From Methanothrix sp. (GTDB lineage: Archaea; Halobacteriota; Methanosarcinia; Methanotrichales; Methanotrichaceae): DNA of 64,000 nt. Shown piece by piece: positions 1 through 7,201 of this stretch (position 1 is its first letter; each line of letters begins with the position of its first letter). The stretch lies in the NCBI GenBank assembly GCA_037128175.1, contig JBAXWY010000009.1, positions 1 to 64,000 on the forward strand, in the 5' to 3' direction. A program made the position numbers and the translations under genes. The notes under the pieces were generated by a model. The model saw nothing but the letters and a program-made list of their open reading frames with translations. It did not search any database and was not told where the DNA came from.

Positions 1-110
1 TTGCAGACAAGCTCCCATCTTTTGCAGACAAGCTCCCATCTTTTGCAGACAAGCTCCCATCTTTTGCAGACAAGCTACCCACATTTGCAGACGATCTCCG
101 AACATTTGGA
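1..110 (+). repeat. 21-bp tandem repeat TTGCAGACAAGCTCCCATCTT encoding LQTSSHL
   Basis: Units start at 1, 22 and 43 (perfect) and at 64, 85 and 106 (degenerating). The array may extend beyond the window. Confidence 0.95.
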
Positions 111-204
111 GCGGCTTGAATTGCGCCATCCGGGTAAACCAACCCACCCCGATCAGGGTTACAGAGCAAAGAACCGGATCCCGGAGCAGGAAGCGAGGAA
201 ATGA
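1..204 (+). CDS. 3' end of an upstream gene (partial): heptad-repeat linker followed by a Fic-C/wHTH-like tail, probably an accessory gene between brxC and pglX
   Basis: Open frame from the window edge. Tail LELRHPGKPTHPDQGY resembles the 'IPDKPxSxxQKY' C-terminal motif of Fic/AlbA-ATPase wHTH proteins. Stop overlaps the pglX ATG (ATGA at 201-204). Confidence 0.55.
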   Translation: MQTSSHLLQTSSHLLQTSSHLLQTSYPHLQTISEHLERLELRHPGKPTHPDQGYRAKNRIPEQEARK

Positions 205-3200
205 GTGGAATGCAGCCGCTGGAAAAGAGCTTGAGGAGCAAGCTGGAGCGCGTCGTTCGAGAAGCTAGAGACATTGCCGAGGCTGCCGCCAGGGCCTCTT
301 TAGAGCAGCTTGGTGTTAGGGAAACCAATCCCCGTTCCTATCTCAACGAAGATGAGCGCAAGCTGGGTGCAAAGCTGCGTGCCCACGGTCGGCAGCTTGG
401 CGATGCCCGAAGCCCGGACGGGCAGCAGAAGATCGACCGCCTGGTGGAAGAGGTGGCCTACCAGCACTGGCACCGCATGCTCTTCGCTCGCTTTTTGGCG
501 GAGAACAATCTGCTCATGTATCCCGATCCGGTGCAGCCCATCCCCATCACCCTGGAGGAGTGCCAGGATCTGGCTGCCGAGGAGGGGGCCAGGAACGGCT
601 GGGAGCTGGCGGCCCGTTTTGCTGCCCGAATGCTGCCCCAGATCTTCCGGCCCGACTCGCCGATCTTTTTGCTGGCGCTGCCCCCGGAGCACCAGCGGAA
701 ATTGGAGAAGCTGCTGGCCGGGCTGCCGGCAGAGGTCTTTTTCGCCTCCGACTCTCTGGGCTGGGTCTACCAGTTCTGGCAGGCCAGGAGGAAGGATGAA
801 ATTGATGCGCTAGGAGCAAAAATTGGTGCTCGTGAGCTGCCCGTGGTAACGCAACTCTTCACCGAGCCGTACATGGTTTCTTTCCTGCTGGATAACTCCC
901 TGGGAGCCTGGTGGGCGGCCCGTCGGCTCAGCGAGGACGACCTGCTGAATGCCAAAGATGAGGAGGAGCTGCGCCAGAAGGCATCGCTGCCCGGCGTGCC
1001 CCTGGATTATCTGCGTTTCGTGCGGGGCGAGGACGGCAGGTGGGCCCCGGCAGCCGGGACTTTCGACGGCTGGCCGGAGCATTTGAGCGAGTTCAAAGCC
1101 CTCGACCCCTGTACCGGCTCTGGCCATTTCCTGGTGGCAGCCCTGCCCATGCTCGCGTCCATGCGCGCGGAGCGGGAGGGGCTTTTGCCTGCGGAAGCGG
1201 TGGACGCCGTTCTGCGGGAAAATTTGCACGGCCTGGAGATCGACCCGCGCTGCGTGGAGCTAGCTGCTTTTGCCCTGGGCTTTGCCGCCTGGCGCTATCC
1301 GGGGGCGGGAGGATACCGGATGCTGCCGGAGCTAAATTTGGCCTGCTCGGGACTCTCAATCAGCGCCAGCAAAGAGGAGTGGCAGGACCTCGCTAAAATA
1401 AATAGTAGTAATAATATTAATAATAGTAATAATATGGAAATCGTCCTGGGAGACCTTTACGACCAATTCAAGGACGCTCCCCTTCTTGGAAGCCTGATTA
1501 ATCCGAAGCTCACGCTTTTCAACGGCAACATTTTGGGGCTGCGTTGGGAGGACATCTCCCCGCTTCTGACTAAAGCCCTTTCCAGCGAGGCCGACTTGGA
1601 AAAGGTGGAGATGGGCGTGGTGGCGCAGGGAATTGCGAAAGCAGCGCAGATGATGGCCATGAAATACCACCTGGTCCTCACCAATGTTCCTTATTTGGCA
1701 AGGGGCAAACAGAACGAGGAGTTGAAGGAGTTCTGCGAGAAACATTATTCTGCAGCTAAAAATGATCTTGCAACCGTATTTCTGGACCGATGCCTGGAAT
1801 TTTGCAGGGAAAGCGGCACGGCGAACGTCGTCATTCCTCAAAATTGGCTCTTTTTAACCAGCTACAGAAAATTTCGTGAGAGACTGCTGAAGGAGAATGC
1901 CTGGCATATGATTGGCAGGCTGGGATTTGCAGCTTTCGAAATTATGGACTGGTGGGCATTCAATACAACACTCGTCAGTATTGGCCGAAGGAGGAAGAGT
2001 ATCCCGTCTAGTCTTTTTGCATCTGATCAAGAAGTTGTTTCAGGTCTCATCTCTGGTATTGACGCCTCAGAAACACGTCAACCAGCTGAGAAGGCTCTCC
2101 TCCTCCGAACTGCTGAAATTAAACAAATAGAGCAGGAGAAGCAACTAGAAAATCCGGATTCTAGGGTAGCATTTCAAAAAATGGAGGGAGCTTTGCTCGA
2201 AAACTTTGCCGTTGCTCTCAACGGAATGCATGGAGCTGATTCCCCCAGGTTTAGATTAATGTTCTGGGAAATTACAGATAGAATCCTGTGGCGTTTCCTT
2301 CAAAATACGGTGGATCGGACATGTGAATATGCGGGACGAAGCGAAGTTTTTTTCTGGCCTGATGGTGGAAAAATCCATATCTCTAACTCTAAGGCAAGAA
2401 TACAGGGGCATTCGGGCTGGGGCAAAACTGGCATCATTGTAAGCATGATGAAGGATTTGCATTGCACCACATATTCTGGAGAAGCTTTTGATATAAGTTG
2501 TTCACCCATCATCCCCCACAATCCTGACCATTGCCCAGCCATCTGGTGTTTCTGTTCCTCACCAGAGTACAATGAAGCAGTTAGATATATTGATCAAAAG
2601 TTGAATGTAACCAATGCCACCCTCGTCAAAGTCCCCTTCGACCTGGAACGCTGGCAAAAGGTCGCCGCCGAAAAATACCCGTCCGGCCTGCCCAGGCCCT
2701 ACTCCGACGACCCCACCCAGTGGATCTTCCACGGCCACCCGGCCCAGAGCGATGCGCCGTTGCAGGTGGCTCTGGCCCGCTTGCTGGGCTACCGCTGGCC
2801 TGCCGAGCTGGACGCAAAGATGGAGCTGTCCGACGAGGCCCGCGCCTGGGTAAAGAAATGCGACGATCTGCTCAAATTCGAAGACGACGACGGCATCGTC
2901 TGCATCCCCCCCGTGCGCGGGGAGGCGGCGGCAGCGGACTATCTGCTCAACCTGCTGGCCGCGGCCTACGGCCCGGAATGGAGCACGGACAGGCTCAGCG
3001 AGCTGCTGAAAGCTGCCGACCACGCGGGCAAGTCGCTGGAGAGCTGGCTACGGGAGAAATTCTTCCTACAACACTGCAAGCTCTTCCAGCACCGGCCCTT
3101 CATCTGGCACATCTGGGACGGCCTACACGACGGCTTTGCGGCGCTGGTCAACTACCACAGGCTTGACTCCAAGCTGCTGGAGAGCCTGATTTACACCTAC

Positions 3201-3605
3201 CTGGGCGACTGGATCTCTCGCCAGAAGGACGACATCAAAAGCGGCGTGGACGGGGCAGCGGAGAAGCTGGCCGCTGCCGAGGCGCTCAAAAAGCGGCTGG
3301 AAATGATACTGGAAGGCGAAGCGCCTTACGATATCTTTGTGCGCTGGAAGCCCATTGGGCAGCAGCCCATCGGCTGGAACCCGGACTTAAACGACGGCGT
3401 GCGGCTGAATATCCGGCCCTTCCTGAGCGTGCCCGATGTGGGCCGGAAGGGCGCGGGAGTGCTGCGGGAAAAGCCCAACGTCAACTGGAACAAGGACCGT
3501 GGCAAGGACGTGGAGAGCGCGCCGTGGTATCACAAATTTGGGGGCGATCGGATCAATGATTGCCATCTGAGCCTGAAGGAGAAAAAGGCTGCACGCGGAA
3601 GATAG
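201..3605 (+). CDS. pglX: BREX adenine-specific DNA methyltransferase PglX (BrxX)
   Basis: 1134 aa. N-terminal EEVAYQHWHRMLFARFL, LGWVYQFW and TQLFTEPYMV, SAM motif DPCTGSGHF, catalytic TNVPY, C-terminal HRPFIWHIW and PDLNDGVRLNIRPF. Followed by pglZ and brxL. Confidence 0.92.
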   Translation: MSGMQPLEKSLRSKLERVVREARDIAEAAARASLEQLGVRETNPRSYLNEDERKLGAKLRAHGRQLGDARSPDGQQKIDRLVEEVAYQHWHRMLFARFLAENNLLMYPDPVQPIPITLEECQDLAAEEGARNGWELAARFAARMLPQIFRPDSPIFLLALPPEHQRKLEKLLAGLPAEVFFASDSLGWVYQFWQARRKDEIDALGAKIGARELPVVTQLFTEPYMVSFLLDNSLGAWWAARRLSEDDLLNAKDEEELRQKASLPGVPLDYLRFVRGEDGRWAPAAGTFDGWPEHLSEFKALDPCTGSGHFLVAALPMLASMRAEREGLLPAEAVDAVLRENLHGLEIDPRCVELAAFALGFAAWRYPGAGGYRMLPELNLACSGLSISASKEEWQDLAKINSSNNINNSNNMEIVLGDLYDQFKDAPLLGSLINPKLTLFNGNILGLRWEDISPLLTKALSSEADLEKVEMGVVAQGIAKAAQMMAMKYHLVLTNVPYLARGKQNEELKEFCEKHYSAAKNDLATVFLDRCLEFCRESGTANVVIPQNWLFLTSYRKFRERLLKENAWHMIGRLGFAAFEIMDWWAFNTTLVSIGRRRKSIPSSLFASDQEVVSGLISGIDASETRQPAEKALLLRTAEIKQIEQEKQLENPDSRVAFQKMEGALLENFAVALNGMHGADSPRFRLMFWEITDRILWRFLQNTVDRTCEYAGRSEVFFWPDGGKIHISNSKARIQGHSGWGKTGIIVSMMKDLHCTTYSGEAFDISCSPIIPHNPDHCPAIWCFCSSPEYNEAVRYIDQKLNVTNATLVKVPFDLERWQKVAAEKYPSGLPRPYSDDPTQWIFHGHPAQSDAPLQVALARLLGYRWPAELDAKMELSDEARAWVKKCDDLLKFEDDDGIVCIPPVRGEAAAADYLLNLLAAAYGPEWSTDRLSELLKAADHAGKSLESWLREKFFLQHCKLFQHRPFIWHIWDGLHDGFAALVNYHRLDSKLLESLIYTYLGDWISRQKDDIKSGVDGAAEKLAAAEALKKRLEMILEGEAPYDIFVRWKPIGQQPIGWNPDLNDGVRLNIRPFLSVPDVGRKGAGVLREKPNVNWNKDRGKDVESAPWYHKFGGDRINDCHLSLKEKKAARGR

Positions 3606-3651
3606 GGGAAAAATGGCGAAATAGAAAGCTTCATGGTCCTGCAGGCCCACC
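3549..3651 (+). repeat. Copy 1 of a ~100-bp direct repeat (pglX 3' end plus downstream spacer)
   Basis: Aligns with 4391-4492, including the shared block GGAAAATGGCGAAAT-GAA-GCTTCATGGTCCTGCA. Confidence 0.85.
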
Positions 3652-3665
3652 AAAGCTTAAATAGT
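3652..3665 (+). promoter_or_regulatory. Putative archaeal BRE/TATA promoter for the TA pair
   Basis: AAAGCTTAAATAGT about 35 bp upstream of the ATG at 3699. Confidence 0.45.
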
Positions 3666-3698
3666 AAGGTTCCTTATTTAACAAGAAGAGATGATTTG

Positions 3699-3848
3699 AT
3701 GGCACATCCTATCGAGATCGGGTTGGTCCTGGAAGGTGAAGACGCGCTGGATTTCATAGAGGATTTAAGGAATCCAAAGAAGCCCACCAAAGAGCAGATG
3801 GAGATGTTTCGAGAAGCCGTCAGAATTTATAAGGAGCATCCGTTTTAA
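3699..3848 (+). CDS. Putative antitoxin partner of the GNAT toxin (short DUF1778-like)
   Basis: 49 aa MAHPIEIGLVLEGEDALDFIEDLRNPKKPT..., resembling the 'L..ED...F...L.NP' pattern of GNAT antitoxins. Ends 10 bp before the GNAT gene. Confidence 0.6.
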   Translation: MAHPIEIGLVLEGEDALDFIEDLRNPKKPTKEQMEMFREAVRIYKEHPF

Positions 3849-3858
3849 TTCTTTATTT

Positions 3859-4401
3859 ATGTCGGCGATTGATGAAAAAGCGCTCCGCATTGTTCCGCTG
3901 ACACGTATTGATACACTTGCCAATTTCTACTCGGCCAATGATGATCTGAACGACTTCTTGGAGAATGAAGCTATAAGGTCCCAGGAGAATCTCCTGAGCA
4001 AGACTTTTCTGTGCTTTTGCCGAGGTCATATTGCAGGATTCTTGACTCTTGTTACAGATACGATCGAGGTCAAACTGGTAGATGTAGGCGATGGCGTAAG
4101 TGGTTATCCCCATCAAAAGTATCCTGCGATCAAGATTGCTCGATTAGCAGTTGATAAAAAGTTCGAGCGTAAGGGTGTTGGAAGGTTTTTGATTCTTGCT
4201 GCAGTAGGTAAAGTCCATCAGATCTCGAAGGACGTGGGATGTAGATATATCACACTTGACTCAAAACGCGAGTCTGTTGGTTTTTATGAGAAATTTGGAT
4301 TCAAAATTATAAAGAGATATGCTAACCGCAACTTCCCGCCCATGTATCTCAACATGTATCCAATAGTCCAACAGATGCTCCAAGAAAATCCGGATGAATG
4401 A
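3859..4401 (+). CDS. GNAT-family acetyltransferase toxin (AtaT/TacT-like)
   Basis: F-S-NDDLNDFL, YPAIKIARLAVDKKFERKGVGRFL, acetyl-CoA motif RKGVG and FYEKFGF. Confidence 0.85.
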   Translation: MSAIDEKALRIVPLTRIDTLANFYSANDDLNDFLENEAIRSQENLLSKTFLCFCRGHIAGFLTLVTDTIEVKLVDVGDGVSGYPHQKYPAIKIARLAVDKKFERKGVGRFLILAAVGKVHQISKDVGCRYITLDSKRESVGFYEKFGFKIIKRYANRNFPPMYLNMYPIVQQMLQENPDE

Positions 4402-4492
4402 CTATCATTTGTGGCTGGAAGAAAACGGGCTGCATACGGGAGATAGCGGAAAATGGCGAAATTGAATGCTTCATGGTCCTGCAAGGCCCGCC
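4391..4492 (+). repeat. Copy 2 (degenerate) of the pglX 3'-end repeat
   Basis: CGGATGAATGACTATCATTTG...GAAAACGGGCTGCA...GATAG...AAAATGGCGAAATTGAATGCTTCATGGTCCTGCAAGGCCC matches 3549-3651. Confidence 0.85.
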
Positions 4493-4590
4493 CGTGAGGA
4501 TGAAACCGAGGCGAACTCAACAGATCCGGCCTTGATGCTCGAAAGGATGCTCTAGCCCAAAGATTAAATCCAAAGCAACTAAAAGCATTA

Positions 4591-4830
4591 TTGGAGAGAT
4601 GCAAGGTGAACACTACTGCAAAATCATCAGGTTTTCAGGACCTCATTGAAGCGGTTGAGTCTCTGCCATTGGAAGATCGATCCCTCCTCGTGGAGATCGT
4701 AAACAAGCGCATCATAGAGAAGCGTCGTGCTGAACTGGTCTCCGAGGTTATGGAATCAAGGGACGCATTCAGGCAGGGCAATCTAAAACGCGGCACTGTT
4801 GAAGACCTCATGAAGGATCTGTTAGATTGA
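4591..4830 (+). CDS. Small antitoxin-like protein (orphan); start uncertain
   Basis: FQDLIEAVESLPLEDR...RRAELVSEV...GTVEDLMKDL is a pattern typical of proteins encoded upstream of RelE/YafQ-type toxins. Its stop overlaps the toxin remnant. Confidence 0.6.
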   Translation: MERCKVNTTAKSSGFQDLIEAVESLPLEDRSLLVEIVNKRIIEKRRAELVSEVMESRDAFRQGNLKRGTVEDLMKDLLD

Positions 4831-4877
4831 TCACGGTTGTCTGGAGCCCCGGATTCAATAGATCATGCAAACAGTGA
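4827..4877 (+). pseudogene. Truncated N-terminus of a RelE/YafQ-type toxin
   Basis: TTG start overlapping the antitoxin stop (TTGA) reads MITVVWSPGFNRSCKQ*, like the 'xxxWSxxFxRxxKK' start of RelE-family toxins. Confidence 0.55.
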
Positions 4878-4903
4878 AGAGCCAAAAATATGGGAAGTGG
4901 AAC

Positions 4904-6577
4904 ATGAACCTAAACGCAGCCATCATCGACCAGAGGCTCAATTCTGTGTGCGATGCAATTAAGGATCGAGCCCAAGAAGAGCTCAATATTGCAGATGAGG
5001 AACGGCTCAAATCTCTGGCCTTCGTCCACCTCTCTGTGATGACATTGCTCGATCTGTCCGAGGATGATGCCTTTGACTGCCTGGTCGAAGGCGGCCAGGA
5101 CTTTGGCGTGGATGCCATCTACACTTCACAGGAGCGTGAGGGCGAGTTCACAGTCAGCCTTTTTCAGGGAAAATACAGCCGCAATCTCGAAGCAGCCTCA
5201 GGTTTTCCGGAAAAAGGGATCAAAGAGCTCATCAACGCTATCCGCCATCTCTTCGATCCCTCATTGGAACTGAAAAATATAAACCACCGCCTCAGGGTCA
5301 AAGTGGAGGAGATCCGCTCCCTGATCCGGGACGGCTACATCCCCCAGGTTCGAGCCCTGGCCTGTAACAATGGCATCATGTGGAACGAAGCCGCCCAGGA
5401 GACCATCACTCAAGAGAGGTTCGGCAATCAGGTCACCTGGGAGTATGTCAACCACGACCGTTTGATCATGATAATGCAGACCGCAAAGCCGGTCGATGAC
5501 ATCCTGCGCCTCTCTGGGAAATTTCTGGTTGAAGATATCGGCTTTTCCCGGGTGCTAGTGGCAAGAATAGCCGTCACTGAGATAGCCGACCTGATCAAAC
5601 GACATGGAGAACGCCTCCTGGAGAAAAATATCCGGCAATATCTCGGGCTGCTGGGAAACCGGGTCAATGAGGCGATGCGAGACACTCTCCGGGGCAGCGA
5701 GAGGAATAACTTCTATTTTTTCAACAACGGACTGACTTTGACCTGTGAAAAATTTGATTACAATTCACTTCAAAAAGAAGATATAAATTTGCATGTGAAG
5801 AACCTGCAGATCATCAACGGCGGCCAGACCTGCATCACCATCTTCAAGACCCTGACGAGCATGCAGGAGTCCGATTTTCCCTGGGACGCCTACGTTCTGG
5901 TTCGACTCTACCAACTGCCCGAGCATAATGAGGATCTTGTTCGCAAAATCACCTTTGCCACCAACAGCCAAAATCCGGTCGATCTTCGTGACCTGAGGGC
6001 CAACGACGAACGGCAGCGGCTACTTGAGATCGATATTGGCCAGTTGGGTTTTTCCTACCGACGAAAAAGAACGGACCAATCGTTAAAGCCAAAAGATATC
6101 ACCTCTGGGGTAGCGGCTGAGGCCATTTTATCCATCTGGAGAAGAAGGCCGCATCAGGCAAAGTTCCTGGCCCGAGAGCATTTCGGAAAGCTGTATGATA
6201 TCATCTTTTCCAGCGACCTCAATGGCGCCCAGGCGATCACTGCAACTCTGATCTATCGAATAGCCGAAAACAAAAGAAAAAGGCCGCCGGAGGGCGCTCC
6301 CCAGTTCATCAGCTACGCATCCTGTTTCATATCCATGCAGATGGGGAAATACCTGTTAAAGGACCTGGGCTGCACATTCGCCGGTTTGACGCACAAGAAC
6401 TATGAAACAGCAAGGCAACTGGTTGAGCGGAAGGGTGATGAATATTTCAGCCAGGCTGTCTCTGATGTGGAGAAAGCACTGAAAATGCTGTACGGCGAAT
6501 CGGATGTTTCGCTTCAGCAGCTATCTGCCACATTCCGGCGTGGGGATCTTATCGAAAAACTAGAACATCTGGATTGA
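4904..6577 (+). CDS. AIPR-family (abortive infection phage resistance) protein
   Basis: GGQDFGVDA...FQGKY nuclease-like N-terminus, then LLEKNIRQYLG, FYFFNNGLT, QIINGGQT and TNSQNPV. The ATG at 4904 is preferred over 4865. Confidence 0.88.
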   Translation: MNLNAAIIDQRLNSVCDAIKDRAQEELNIADEERLKSLAFVHLSVMTLLDLSEDDAFDCLVEGGQDFGVDAIYTSQEREGEFTVSLFQGKYSRNLEAASGFPEKGIKELINAIRHLFDPSLELKNINHRLRVKVEEIRSLIRDGYIPQVRALACNNGIMWNEAAQETITQERFGNQVTWEYVNHDRLIMIMQTAKPVDDILRLSGKFLVEDIGFSRVLVARIAVTEIADLIKRHGERLLEKNIRQYLGLLGNRVNEAMRDTLRGSERNNFYFFNNGLTLTCEKFDYNSLQKEDINLHVKNLQIINGGQTCITIFKTLTSMQESDFPWDAYVLVRLYQLPEHNEDLVRKITFATNSQNPVDLRDLRANDERQRLLEIDIGQLGFSYRRKRTDQSLKPKDITSGVAAEAILSIWRRRPHQAKFLAREHFGKLYDIIFSSDLNGAQAITATLIYRIAENKRKRPPEGAPQFISYASCFISMQMGKYLLKDLGCTFAGLTHKNYETARQLVERKGDEYFSQAVSDVEKALKMLYGESDVSLQQLSATFRRGDLIEKLEHLD

Positions 6578-6584
6578 ACAACTA

Positions 6585-6776
6585 ATGACTTAAACCTGGA
6601 AAAACGTAGAAGATGGCCCTCCCTGCCGGGACGGAGTGGATCGAGTTCAAAGATATGGAGATCAAAAGGAGTCGCACATAAGGAACTTGCTCCAGGAAAT
6701 GCGCTCAGAGGGTTCAATCAAGGCGCACAGAGCAGGGCGAAGATCAGTCTGGTTATCGTCTAAACCTGAGTCATAA
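6585..6776 (+). pseudogene. Internally deleted AlbA_2/ATP-binding-wHTH regulator remnant
   Basis: Frames give TEWIEFK (AlbA_2 N-terminal motif) joined to DQKESHIRNLLQEMRSEGSIKAHRAGRRSVWL (wHTH C-terminus). Confidence 0.55.
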
Positions 6777-7165
6777 ATCTTCAAGTTAGACGAAAAAAGT
6801 GACCTAAATATTACGCCTGAAATCTCGGAAATAACTAGCAGAAAACGCATTTGCTTTGGTCTAAAACGTCTAAAATATAAACTGAATTTAGACCATGTTT
6901 AGACAAAACGGAGGATTGGAACATGATTCAAAAGAAAAGCTGTTTGCTCCAGGAAATGCGCACCGATGGTGCAATCAAGGCTCAAGGAAGAGGTACCAGA
7001 TCTAAATGGATATTGTCTAAAACGCGTTATAAATCTCCGAGTTAGACCAGTGATAATGGTCTGAATATGATGCCCGAAATCCAGTAAATACCGAGCTGCA
7101 ATGCGATTTAACACTAGTCTAAACACGTCTAAATAGATTTGATTTAGACTACTATTTAGACGAGA
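6687..7165 (+). repeat. Degenerate ~257-bp tandem duplication with GTCTAAA/(T/G)TTAGAC boxes
   Basis: Both units (6687-6905 and 6944-7165) begin TTGCTCCAGGAAATGCGC and carry six boxes at equivalent positions. Confidence 0.85.
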
Positions 7166-7201
7166 CAACGCAAAAAGAGAACGAATGGTGGACCAAAGAA
7201 G

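Noticed and set aside
1-110. Possible CRISPR array at the window start
   Set aside because: The 21-bp units are contiguous with no spacers and are in frame with a protein.
6758-7161. GTCTAAA...GTTAGAC as integron attC sites
   Set aside because: The left box ends AAA rather than AAC, the span is only about 33-34 bp, and no integrase is present. Kept only as unexplained boxes.
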